DNA from: Octopus sinensis
Lineage: Eukaryota
Direction of reading: 5' to 3'
DNA length: 64,000 bases
Assembly: GCF_006345805.1 (NCBI RefSeq)
Contig: NC_043007.1
Span: forward strand, 51,336,001-51,400,000
Each line of letters starts with the position of its first letter. The stretch's first letter is position 1. The notes under the pieces were generated by a model that was not told the DNA's origin, made no database searches, and worked only from the letters and a program-made list of their open reading frames with translations. This document shows, piece after piece, positions 1 to 12,129 of the stretch. The position numbers and the translations under genes are program-made.

Positions 1-26
1 TACCCCCTATCTTTCTCTCTCTCTCC

Positions 27-68
<42 letters not shown>

Positions 69-275
69 TATGTGTATGTGTGTGTATGTATATGTATGTA
101 TATAGTGACTGGAGTGACTGTGTGATAAGTAGCTTACGTGGCATCTTAGGCTTCTTTATATATATATATATTATATATATATATATATACATATATATTC
201 AAAATGTGACCGCGTGTGTTCCGTTGGCGATTTTTTTCCTCCGTCTTCCCTTCTCTGGATCTTTCCTTTTCCTAT

Positions 276-310
276 GTTTCTGACGAAGAGCTCCGCTCGA
301 AACGTTAAAC
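276..310 (+). ncRNA. Minimal type I hammerhead ribozyme, Penelope-like family A
   Basis: GTTT-CTGACGA-A-GAGC(TCC)GCTC-GAAA-CG-T-T-AAAC. Stem I GTTT/AAAC, stem II GAGC/GCTC, palindromic ACGT stem III (dimer type). Predicted cleavage GUU after 306. Confidence 0.75.
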
Positions 311-421
311 CCTCCTTCTTCCCTTCCTTCCTGAGCGTCCAATAATACTATATTTGTTCCAAGTCCTCGCGTTGTGTTGTTTCATGTTTGGATTAATTTT
401 ATATATATATATATATAATAT

Positions 422-496
<75 letters not shown>

Positions 497-543
497 TATG
501 TGTATAAATAACCAAGAAAAAAGCAACAAGAATGGATTAGTAG

Positions 544-631
544 TTTAGTACAATTGTTTCATACGAAGAGCAATTTTATTTGAAGCTGCAAATATTGCAG
601 CGAATACAATGTCCAGTATTCATCAGCTAAA
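544..631 (-). ncRNA. Type I hammerhead ribozyme, family B, copy 1
   Basis: Minus strand TTTAG-CTGATGA-ATAC...GTAT-GAAA-CAATTG-TA-CTAAA. 5-bp stem I, palindromic ACAATTGT stem III, GUA site, inner hairpin GCTGCAA/TTGCAGC. Confidence 0.8.
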
Positions 632-668
632 TCACATATATATAAATATATACATATACATATATTAC

Positions 669-740
<72 letters not shown>

Positions 741-799
741 TATATGTATATATATACATATATATAACCAAGAAAAAGCACCAAGAATGGATCGGTAGA

Positions 800-884
800 T
801 TAGTACAATTGTTTCATACTATAAACATTTTATTTCAAGCTGCAAATATTACAGCAAATATAATGTCAAGTATTCATCAGCTAA
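800..884 (-). ncRNA. Type I hammerhead ribozyme, family B, copy 2
   Basis: Minus strand TTAG-CTGATGA-ATACT...AGTAT-GAAA-CAATTG-TA-CTAA. Diverged tandem copy about 255 bp from copy 1. Confidence 0.8.
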
Positions 885-1280
885 ATCACATATAGGTTTT
901 CCAAATATCTTAGAGAGTGTAAATATCCTTATGAAGTTATAGAAGTGAGTTCCATGAATCTGAAGTAAGATTCCAAGCAGACTATATATGTTTTCCAACA
1001 ATACAAAGTTTTTAAAATTATTATTAACATCCCAGAGAAGATAAATCTACTCGTAAAGATGTGGGTATAAGCTCCAAGAGGCATGAGGAAAGATACTGGT
1101 CATACCACGGTTAAGTTCGCATCTAACATAATATATATATATATATATATATAATATATATGTATATATGTATATATATATGTATATATATGTATATACA
1201 TATATAATATGTATATATATATATTATATATATATATTATATATTACATGTGCGTGCGTGCATGTGTGTGTGTGTGTGTG

Positions 1281-1440
1281 CATTTGTCCCCCGATGACAA
1301 CTTATGCTGGTGTGTTTACGTCCCTGTAACTTAGTGGCTCGGCAAAAGAGACCGATAGAATAAATCCTAGGGTCGATTTGCTCGACTAAAGTTGGTTCTC
1401 CAACATGACCGCAGTCAAATGACTGAAGCAAGTAGAAGAC
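1281..1440 (+). mobile_element. SINE family 1, 3' half
   Basis: Matches the 3' half of the full copy at 29386-29802 (gctggtgtgttt...ggcaaaagagaccgatagaat...cagtcaaatgactgaa). Confidence 0.8.
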
Positions 1441-1455
1441 AACAAACATATAGAG

Positions 1456-1456
<1 letters not shown>

Positions 1457-1547
<91 letters not shown>
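1457..1547. repeat. (GATA)n microsatellite
   Basis: Perfect tetranucleotide run. Similar runs at about 9095-9191, 9494-9593, 19410-19475 and 27150-27240. Confidence 0.95.
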
Positions 1548-1548
<1 letters not shown>

Positions 1549-2779
1549 TGTACTTATCTACAACTGCATATCTATCAAGTAGACGTTGTATCTATTTTAC
1601 GAATCTATTCATCTCTCTCTCTCTCTCCCTCTCTCTCTCTCTCCCTTCCTTTCACCTATTCTCTTTCCTTACCCGTAATCACATCAAACACCACAAACCT
1701 CTACCAACCACAATCCCCACCGCACTTCAATAACCTAACATTATACACCCCGAAACCACTAAAGCTCCTATCCTCTCCAACACAGTAACAACAACAAGAA
1801 AACAGCAACCACATAATAAATTCCCTTCTCTGACCGACAGAGTCAAATTCGAGTCAGAGTGAGATGCTTCTAACATCATAAATAACGTTAGGCACATTAT
1901 ATAATGTAGTCTTAGAAATATTATGCCTCATAAGACAGGATGGTCATGGCTGAAAGTCCTTTGAATACCAGTCATCTGGATCAAGAAAGGCCTGGAACTA
2001 AACAACAACGTAGTCCACCCCCTCCTAAAAGTTCCACCGTAATAAGGAAAGAGACACCCTGCCACATATTCGACCATCCCCCAACCACTACTATATATAT
2101 ACTTATAAGCTAATCCCCTACAAATCTGTCCTAAACCCACGACAGTCACCAACACTGATCTCCACTTGACTGGCGATACCATCATTACCACCACTATCGT
2201 CGCCAGACCATCAATGCCACCATCACCATTATCACCTTCACCATCAACATTACCAACACTAACAACTATCCTAGAGCCCGAAACGAAGAAAGTGGTCCTT
2301 TATGTGGTGACTAGAAATAGCAGTCAAACCACTATCTGTATACAATATATAGCCTTAAAAATAGAACACAATGGATTTGGGGCAAAAAATTGGATGAACA
2401 TGGCTGACATCTTTTGATTGTAAACCTGCTCATTCAGGGTCGACTTAGGGTTAAACAACAATCATGTTATCCACATTCTTTATATATTACCCTCAATGAC
2501 CTACCCAATCTATCTCATTAATTACCCAATTTGCTGTTCTCCATCAGTCAGACGAGGTTACTTCTGAATGGTTACAAGATCTGCTAGTAATAGCAGCCCT
2601 ATCAACGTCAAATGTACCTTTAACTGTAATATGGTAAAAGGCATTGGATAATGTGTCCCTGGGTTCACTGCATATAGGAAGAAGGTGCAGAGGCCATGGC
2701 TGAAATTCCTTTGATCAAAAGTCAGCTCAATTAGTGTTGTCCTTGGGCTAAACAACTACTGTTTATCGAGTGTCTTATC

Positions 2780-3570
2780 TTCATACAACCACCCCGCCTG
2801 CACTACAACAACCACCTGCACACAAATACTGATTACTCCATCATCACCGTCCCCACTTCTACTGGTTCTCCGTACACTCCCTTTCCCCAGCTTATCGGAC
2901 CATCATCATCACCACTGCCATCAAAAACACGATCAGGACCACTGCCGCCACCAACAACAAGAACATTATCACCATCATCATCATAACTATTATCACACTA
3001 CAGCCACCATCATCATCATTATCATCTCCGCCGATACCCACCTCCGCTCCATTACAGCCACCATCACCGCCTGCACCACCATCACTATCATCACAATACG
3101 AACTATAATTTTCACCATCACTGCTTCCACCATTACCACCACCATCACGAACGTCATCACAACCAACATCAATCAACAAGCTACATCAGCTTCACCATCC
3201 CCACCATCCACACCACTACCCCCTACCTGCATAACCATCATAGCCACCATCGACACCATCATCATCATCACCATCAATACTACCATCACTATAATTTTAT
3301 TCTTTACCATCGGCGTCACCAACACCCTCACCATCATTTTCACTACCAACATCACTACGACCACCATCATCAAAATCATCACCGTTACTATCACAAGCAA
3401 CATCACCTTCACCACCACCAACAGCAGTACAATCCCCCACCTCCATTACTACCACAATGTTCACCACCAATACCAACACCACTAGTAACAAAAAGTTTTT
3501 ATTTTCTCCAACCTCCTACCATCTTTGCATCTTCATCATCCTCACCACTTCTAATAACACCTCCACCACC
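2780..3570. repeat. Degenerate (ACC/ATC)n trinucleotide low-complexity tract
   Basis: Continuous imperfect CAC/CAT triplets. The ORFs here are compositional artefacts. Confidence 0.9.
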
Positions 3571-4369
3571 TTACGATATGCCGAGGCCGGGTTTATGGCA
3601 GTGTGACGTATCATTTTACTTGGCCTGCTAGTTAAGACAAGCGAATGTTTACCCAACTTCAAACTGGCCGCCCATTTTGTGGTGGTGATCATGGTGATAG
3701 TGTTGGTTAAAAACGGAGATAAAATGGTGATGATGTTGGTTGTAGTGATGGTGGTGTAGAGGTAAAGACAACAAGGCAGCTCAATAAAATAAAAGCTTCA
3801 CCTGTTATAAGGCATGCGTAACAAGAAGGACAAATTTAACCACTCAAGATAATTTTCACAGTCACTCTCCCTTTCTCAACCTCCAACCCCCCTCTCTTTC
3901 TCTTCATCCTTCTTTCTATCTTTACTCTCTCCATTCCGCCATAATTATGCTCCATTCCAACCTCCATCTAAGCCAACCCAGCCGTCCAACAATCTCAGCA
4001 TCCACCAAGCAATCAACCCCCAGCCCCATCTTCTTTAAAATATGATATTGATAGCATTCCGAGATACCAGACTAAGGCAACATTCAATACACAAACATTT
4101 CTGGTGATAAAAAGAACACAACGAAATGAAAAAGAAACTTACAAAAGTGTTGTGGATAAGATTCGGCTCGAAACCTGTGTCTTATCTTTCATCTTTTATT
4201 CGTCTCAGTGAACTGCGACCATGCCTTGAAGGGCTTAATCGATCAGATCGACCCCAGTACTTACTTTTTAATTATGGTAACCTTCTGTCTAACCCATTTG
4301 ACGAAATGCTACATTACGGAAACGCAGACAAACTAATACCGATTATTTAATTGAAGGATGGGGTACAAA

Positions 4370-4672
4370 CGCTAGCACTTCGTCGGTTACTAAGAAAGGT
4401 GTCAGTTGATCCGATCAACGGAACAGATTGCACGTGAAATTAATGTCGAAGTGCCTGAGCACTCCACAGACACGCGTCGCCTTAAAGTAGTTCTCAGAGA
4501 TATGACACAGGATATGACAAGGTTGAGCCTTTTGTTAACAACTCACTTTTGTTAGCTGAGTGCAACATGAAATAAAATGTCTTACTCAGGGACACGAGTC
4601 GCCGTCTGGAATCAAATTCACGACCTTACGATCGTGAGCCGAAAACCCTATTCACTAAGCTACGCGCCCTCA
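4370..4672 (-). mobile_element. tRNA-derived SINE family 3, degraded
   Basis: Minus strand head gcgcgtagcttagtg (A-box-like) and gtgaatttgattcc (B-box-like), followed by gtgtccctgagtaagaca, a typical central SINE motif. Confidence 0.55.
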
Positions 4673-4699
4673 CTGCCAAAAACACAAACAGGAACACAC

Positions 4700-5015
4700 A
4701 CACACACAATTTTACACGGGCTTCCACACAGTTTCCGTCTACCAATTTCACATACACGTATTGACCAGCCCGGATCAATAGTAGAAGACACGTGACTAAA
4801 TGCAGTGGAATTGAGCCCGAAACCATGTGGCGACAAAGCGAGCTTTCAACCAGTTATGGTTGCGTCTGAAAGTACCGTCCTGCTGTAGATAAATATACAT
4901 ATAGATGAAATCATATTTTTTTATTCTTTTATTTGTTTCAGTCATTGGCTCCAGCCATTCTGGAGCACCACTTCTAGAACAAATCGACCTCAGGACTTAT
5001 TTTTTGTACGCCTAG

Positions 5016-5020
<5 letters not shown>
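4700..5020 (-). mobile_element. SINE family 1 fragments (5' part about 4700-4865, 3' part about 4917-5020)
   Basis: Reverse-complement similarity to 29386-29802. Another 3' fragment lies at about 4181-4345. Confidence 0.65.
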
Positions 5021-5104
<84 letters not shown>

Positions 5105-5635
5105 ATATATAATATATATATATATACATAAAGTGAACAAAGGTGAACAAAGGTGCACGTACGTCGCTATACGTATATATAAATAAAAAAAAAAGGGAAT
5201 AAGAGCGCAATGGATGACAATAAAAACATACGGACAGATAAACGATACAAAGACGGACAGGAAAAACCAGGACGGATCATTCGTGGCCCTCTATTCATCA
5301 GTCAAGCTTCCATTCCAATTATCATTACAGTTTCGGCCTGTTACACTTGAGATTGTTCATAATTGGTAGGCTCCAAAACTCTAAGCTAAGCACATTAATT
5401 TTTTGGAAGAAATCAAGCGAATGTGTACAACACAGACAAAAAATATCGAGAAAACGGAGAAAATGCTACACAATTACAAAGACACAAAGCAAGGGAATAG
5501 CAACAGACAGATGTCCTTCGACAAATATGCGTGTATGTGTGTGTGTATACATATATATGTATGGATGTATTTGTTTGTAGATTTATGCATGCGCTTGTGT
5601 GAACGTATGTATATATTTATATCTACATATATGTT

Positions 5636-5845
5636 CCGGGGTGGCCAAAAGTGATTTGACAGTAAATCAAAATTCCATAAATACTACTGTAATTCTGTAT
5701 TGTCGCTCAAGAATGATTTCGGTTTGAACAATTTTCATGTTTCATATTTAGATTCTTTTGTCAAATTCATTCAGTTGTTAAACATAAATAAATCTTGGAA
5801 TTAAATGGTTTTGATTTACTGTCAGGTGACTTTTGGCTAACCCTG
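5636..5845. mobile_element. Tc1/mariner-type MITE (about 210 bp)
   Basis: Imperfect ~31-bp TIRs (ccggggtggccaaaagtgatttgacagtaaa / tttactgtcaggtgacttttggctaaccctg), TA on the right flank, no ORF. Confidence 0.7.
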
Positions 5846-5864
5846 TATATATATATATATATAT

Positions 5865-5927
<63 letters not shown>

Positions 5928-5934
5928 ATATATA

Positions 5935-7169
5935 CAGGGTTGGACAAAATAATGCAAACACCTCAAAATTTCACACAAATTTATTTTAATATGTGGTAGG
6001 ACCGCCTTTGGCAGTAATTACAGCTTGCATTCTGCAAAGTTTGAATTTTTTCCAAAGGAATTTTGTCCATTCTTCAGTAGTGATGATGGTGGAGGATATC
6101 GACTCCTTACTTGTTTTTTTTCAAAATGCACCATAAATGTTCAATAATATTGAGATCTGGGAACTGTGGTGGCCAGATAAGATGTTCAACTTCACTAGAA
6201 TGTTCCTCGTGCCATTTAGTAGCAACTTTAGCGGTGTGAATTAGTGCATTATCATCCTGAAAGATTGCGTTTCCCTCCAGAAACAATTCTGCAACCATAG
6301 GATGAATCTAATCAGATAAAATGCTTAGATAGTTTTGACTATTAATTCTGCCATGAAGGGAAACCAATGAGCCGGTGGATTTCCAAGACATAGCTCCCAC
6401 CATCACTACCAGATCATCACAGATCCTCCTCCATGTTTAACAATTGGAAGAAGGCAGTCTGGGTCAAATGCTTCTTTTGCCTGTCTCCACACGTATACTC
6501 GGCCGGTGGTCGGAAATAAGGTAAAGGTTGACTCGTCCGAGAAAATAATATTCTTCCACTGCTCTAGGATCAATTCTATATGACTTTACTCCACTCTAAA
6601 CGCTTTGCAACTTTTGTTTTTAAAAGTAGTGACTTTTTGATTGCAACCCTCGTGAAATCCGGCTTTGAGCAGCTCCCTGCAAACAGTTTTTGTGGTAACT
6701 GGGTTCTCTAGGTGGTCTTTAAGCTCTGCAATAATCTTGGGTGCTGTACTTTTGTGATCATTTCTAACAATTCGCGTAAGAGTCCGACCGTCTCAATCTG
6801 AAAGTTTTGGTTTTCTTCTGGAGTTTTGTTTCGCCGAGGAGGTTTTTCCTCTTTTTCAAAGGCTGTCATTACTTTCGAGACAATACTTATTGATACGCCC
6901 AACATTTCGACTGTTTTCGTTATACTAGCGCCTGCCGTAGGAGCACCAACAATTTGACCTCTTTGAAAGTCCGATAAATCTGTCATTTTAATGAATGTTA
7001 ATTTCCTCTTTCTGGTGATATCTGAAAAGAAACAGCAATTTTAGCAAAACATTTTAAGCAGCACTAATAATAAATCAAAAGAAATAAACAAGCGTTTCAC
7101 GGTTTTATAGATATTTCAAAATTTTGACGCTATGATACTAGGTGTTTCCATTATTTTGTACAACCCCTG
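5935..7169 (-). mobile_element. Tc1-family transposon with DD36E spacing (Incomer-like), defective
   Basis: TA-flanked ~30-bp TIRs cagggttggacaaaataatgcaaacacct. Transposase pieces MTDLSDFQRGQIVGA..., IFSDES, KHGGGS, FQDDNA...PDLNIIEHLW with 36 residues between the second D and E. Frameshifts and stops are present. Confidence 0.92.
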
Positions 7170-7175
7170 TATATA

Positions 7176-7854
7176 CGAGTAGGTACTCAAAAGTAACCAT
7201 ACACGTTCTCTGCCGGACAAACCCGTTAAAATTCAGGCTTCCGCCTCTAGAAGTCACTTGATACAATCCTCAGGCATCAGTCTACCGATTGGCGGCGTCC
7301 TCTTGTGACGGACTGCTCCGTTGTGCGTCTTTGTTTTGCAGTACTTCTCCTCCGTTCCTCAATTTTTGCAACAGCTGAAATGAAGGAACAGCGTGCTTCC
7401 GTGAAATTTTGTTTTCGGCTGAGGAAAACGGCGGCCATAAGAGTTGTCATACTTCAAAGAGCTTATAAGGACACTGCCATAAGCAAAACACAAGTTTTGC
7501 CAACGAATTTTGAGCGAGGAATTGCGAATGAAATGTGTTGCAGCAAAATTTGGGCCTCGCTTGCTCACAGAAGATCAAAAGCAGTTGCGACTGATCGCGT
7601 GTTGTGAATTGAAAGAATCGTTGATCCAGACCTTTTTTCGAAGGTCATTACTGGTGACGAAAGCTGCAGATGTGAAGACGAAATACGACGGAGGCGTTAA
7701 AAGACATCATTTCGCAAGAGTTATAGCACAGCTTCGAATAGTAGAAAACGTGCTTCAAATGCAGAATGGTTTGAAGGCGATAAAAAGTGTAAACATGTAA
7801 AACCAAGTGAATAAAATAATATTGCAAAATTCCGCTTTCTTTTGGGTACTGCCT

Positions 7855-7856
<2 letters not shown>
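7176..7856 (+). mobile_element. Internally deleted mariner-like element
   Basis: TA-flanked degenerate TIRs (15/22 match). Remnants MKEQRASVKFCFRLRKTAA and MKCVAAKFGPRLLTEDQKQ. Confidence 0.8.
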
Positions 7857-7899
<43 letters not shown>

Positions 7900-7903
<4 letters not shown>

Positions 7904-8105
7904 TAATTGTTATCACCATATTAATATGGCATTCTTATAGATATAAGATAATCGCTGTCGTTGGTCAGCTCCATGAGGCCACCGCCTTAAGATAGCTATT
8001 GATCATAGCTATCTTAAGGCGGTGGCCTCATGGAGCTGACCAACGACAGCGATTATTCTTATATCTATAAGAATGCCATATTAATATGGCGATAACAATT
8101 AATTT
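7900..8105. repeat. Near-perfect ~205-bp palindrome (arms about 100 bp)
   Basis: aattaattgttatc...gatagcta-t-tgatca-tagctatc...gataacaattaatt, with essentially no spacer and about 3 differences. Confidence 0.95.
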
Positions 8106-8196
8106 CCAGTAAACGCTGTCGTAATCTCTTTTATAGAGACTTAGTAATTTTAATATTTCTATTATATATATATATATATAATATTATATATATATA

Positions 8197-8238
<42 letters not shown>

Positions 8239-8250
8239 ATATATATATAT

Positions 8251-8985
8251 CAGTGGCGTCTCCGCCACTCGGGCTGTTCGGCTTTAGCCCGAGTATTAAT
8301 TTAGTAAAGTAAACGTGTATTTGCAAGGTGATTTAATTTCTGCCAACACTGACTTCAAGTATGTAATTGCAGCCAATAACTCGGGCTCCTTTAAGTGAGC
8401 CTGGCTGCAGTTCATTTATTTTCGTCCAGTTGTCTTGGCAGTTGTCTTAGAGTTGCACTGTATCAAAAAATATTATAGACGTTCTCTCGACATCGTTCAC
8501 ACGCGCACGACTCGGTCTCAGAAGTTACAGCCCAAGTTGTTATCAATAATCGTAAAAGTTAAAAGTAAATGAAATTCAATGTTTTCTTGAAACAATAAGT
8601 TTCTATAGAGATTAGGATTTAAATTCCAATCTATGAGAAGTTTCCGTTTTACAATATTCGGGCTAATACGGGCTAATACCATCGAGCCTGGTAGGTGTAA
8701 AAGACTATCATTTCTTGTCAAGAGCACAGGTGACAGTCAGATCGCCGATGTTCATTATTTGTTTGCTGTTATTCTGTGCGTCTGTGTGTAAAGATCAGTT
8801 GTGTTTTGCAGGGTTGCTGAATTGTCACACTTAACTTAGAAATGGAGAAAGACATAATGCTAGATACAAAAAATAAGCCATTTGGGTCTAGAAATAAAGC
8901 GGAAAAATATGAAATTCTTCGAGCAGACATGTGTCTTTTGCGAAATCCGTGATGAGCCCGAGTGACGCTGATAACCTGCAGTTGC
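8251..8985 (-). mobile_element. hAT-like transposon remnant (3' end)
   Basis: Terminus CAGTGGCG with gggct subterminal repeats. Minus-strand decayed translation LLRLLITTWAVTSETESCACER resembles the hAT dimerisation motif. Confidence 0.45.
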
Positions 8986-9010
8986 CTCTGATACACACAC
9001 ACACACACAT

Positions 9011-9062
<52 letters not shown>

Positions 9063-9094
9063 ACACACACACAAATACACTCACACACGCACAC

Positions 9095-9191
<97 letters not shown>

Positions 9192-9491
9192 TGATTTCTG
9201 GATAAAGCTCTTCGTTACTAGCAGCTAAGAGGTTGTCAGACTTTTGTTAATTTTCAAATATCAACGCACTCTCTCTCATAGTTTCCAGGTACCAACTTCC
9301 AATAAATAGAAAACAGAATATTAATCAATCTAAGTCTCCGGTAGAAGACATTTACCTAAGATATATTTCATATCAATAAGAGAATTACAATGGTATCGAG
9401 TCCAACTCATGGTTGTGAATAGATTATCTCAACCATACGGACATGCCAGCGCCCTCGTATGCTCATTCATATTTATGGTATATAGATGTTC

Positions 9492-9594
<103 letters not shown>

Positions 9595-9750
9595 GTGAGA
9601 GAGAGGGAGAGATACTTCGTTTTTGTATTTGTGCTTTGTTATAAAAATAACAAAAAATACACAATACAGTACTGTTTCTACTTCGCGGATTTTCACCTCT
9701 TGCGGCGGGAGGGGTTGGAACGTAACATCAGCGATAGTCGAGGTATTAGT

Positions 9751-9792
<42 letters not shown>

Positions 9793-10044
9793 ATACATAC
9801 ATGCATACATGCATGCATACATACATACATACATGTATATATATACATACATACATACATGGTGGCTGCCCCCTCGTTATCGAGTATGGCCATTGCACGA
9901 AGCTTAATCAATGTTGTTATCATGCAATGCCAATGCAAGAAGATTTTGTTTAAAGTGGGGAAAGGCTTTGCACTGAGTCAATCCCACTCACTAAGCAACA
10001 GCAGCCATAATCCGAAAAGAAGAACAAGTCAACATCATCGGTAA

Positions 10045-10412
10045 CCACTGAGCCGCAGGTTTTATATCGGAGTTATCCCAGTTACCTGAGTTACCTTCTC
10101 CTAGAAGGATGCCCTAACAAAGGCTAGGAGTCCTTCACTCCCAATGGTTTAACCACGCGATCGGGTATTCAGTCCGATTATTTCTATGTCCCCGCGCATG
10201 ATCCAGCCTTAAGACATTTATTGGATGGCCGTTGACTCTCAAGAGTTCCTCCGCCCTTTGACGGGTTTTGTTTTTCATCCCGCAGGGTGTCCAATAATCA
10301 CCCTCCTCACCGAGCAAGCTTGGTGGGGTTGCCGGTTTAGTCGCCGATGACCCGACCATGCAACAGGTTGTACTGCGTTACATGTTACCAGTAGCACTCA
10401 AAAGTGACCTGA
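10045..10412. mobile_element. Interspersed non-coding repeat, probably RTE-LINE related
   Basis: An inverted homologous segment is present at about 39645-39812 (ggtaacatgtaac...ggacaccct...cgtcaaaggg.ggaggaactc). The RTE assignment rests on recalled similarity only. Confidence 0.5.
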
Positions 10413-10959
10413 CACTACATACATACATACATGCATACATACATACATACATACATACATACATACATACATACATACATGCGTGCATACACACGCAGAA
10501 ATGCACTCATCACGGCACACACACACACACACACACAACCTTAAGCATATTACATTTTCATCAATAGAAAACTATATCAACAGTTAATACAGGATATAGC
10601 TATATATAGTATGTCAATATCAAATACCGTTACATAATGCAAGCGTCTAAAATTTAATCCCATGTACTAATACTGAGTTTAAATTAACTTCATTTAGAGA
10701 TAAGTTCGACTGAATTCCTTTCTAAATGATATTTGATCCATTAACCCTGTAAATCAGAACAAAATCCTTGACTTAACTCGATTAAATCTAACGACTGATG
10801 GTATTTCCGTAACAGCTTGCTACTTCACGTGCAGTCAGTCGAAAACTCCTCATTCCGGATGCCAGCAGGTTTTTGGAGTTATTCAGGAGTTACCAAGGGA
10901 AAAGTGTACCATTTCGGGGCCTTCCCTTCGACAGTTTTACAGCACATCGCCCCACCTCA

Positions 10960-11830
10960 CTGATGTGAGGCCCCCACCGACTGACTAGTATAAAACTTGA
11001 AGTTCATTTCTCGCTCATCACCTCTCCAGTCAGGTTTCATCAGTCTTTTGCAGCCATATCCAATGACTAGATTTCTTTCAAGATGGCGTTTGCTTGCCGA
11101 TATTGGACACCAATTGAAAGCAGACATCGTTTCAGTCTGGTGCCAGTAAAACCCCTACATCCATTTCCCACAGGAAAGTGTACTGTACTCCAACCAGCAA
11201 CTATACGGTGTTCCAGTGGCACCTTATAAAGCTTGTCTTTCCTAATCTGGGCTGCATCTGAATTTTCTTCGCGTGAAACAATTCATTCAAAAAGGTATAT
11301 TGTCTTAGGCTCCACATACCATATTATTATATCCGGCTTCTTCCTTGTTGGTATTGGAAAGAGCGTTCACACCCTACCTCCCATACACCTTCACAATTCT
11401 CGTCATACACAATTGTCTTCTGTTTTGGGTAACCATCTTGACCTTGAGGGACAAACTTTTTAAATAGCTCACTACCATCGTTCTGCAGTTTCTTGTCACC
11501 ATTGATTGCTTCAACCTGCTTTTTGATGCACTATAGAAAATGTTGTGCCTCCATGTATACCTTTTCAAAGCCATTAAGCAGATAGATAGAATTTGCTTTA
11601 GCGTGCCAACTTTTCTGCATTCGTCAATATATTACTAGTAAATTTAATTTGAATATTGCTGGCACAAGATCAATACTAATCGAGAAACCTATTATCGTTG
11701 GCATTCTAAATGTGACCACCTAGTCTTTTGAAGAGTTTATGTAAGACTACATTGTCTAAACTGTGTTCTGATATTTCACAAACCGGGAGAACTTGTTATT
11801 TCTTGCAAGTTAAGCGACCACGTTGGCACG
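10960..11830 (-). mobile_element. HERO-like (R2 group) non-LTR retrotransposon 3' fragment with restriction-like endonuclease
   Basis: Across frames: CRKVGTLKQILSICLMALKRYTWRHN (decayed CCHC and RYTWRHN), then KPDIIIW...EENSDAAQIRKDKLY...GWSTVHFPVGNGCRGF. Confidence 0.8.
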
Positions 11831-11944
11831 GGGACATTCATTCCACTGATTCTTTTGTTTGACGAAATGTAGCAAAAAAAGAGCTCAAACGCTGATGAAA
11901 TTTTGAGGTTTGTATACTGCGTGGCATGAAAATAGTTGTATAGG

Positions 11945-11983
<39 letters not shown>

Positions 11984-12042
11984 TGCGTGCGTGGATGTGT
12001 GTGTGTATAACTGTATATATGTATGCATGTTCGAATGAATTC

Positions 12043-12074
<32 letters not shown>

Positions 12075-12075
12075 A

Positions 12076-12118
<43 letters not shown>

Positions 12119-12129
12119 TATATATATAT

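Noticed and set aside
2892-3491. Gly/Asp/Val/Met-rich ORFs
   Set aside because: Produced by the degenerate trinucleotide tract.
10045-10412. HDV-like ribozyme in the putative RTE-related segment
   Set aside because: A CCTCCTC L3-like string is present but P1/P3 pairings could not be closed by hand. It needs a descriptor search.
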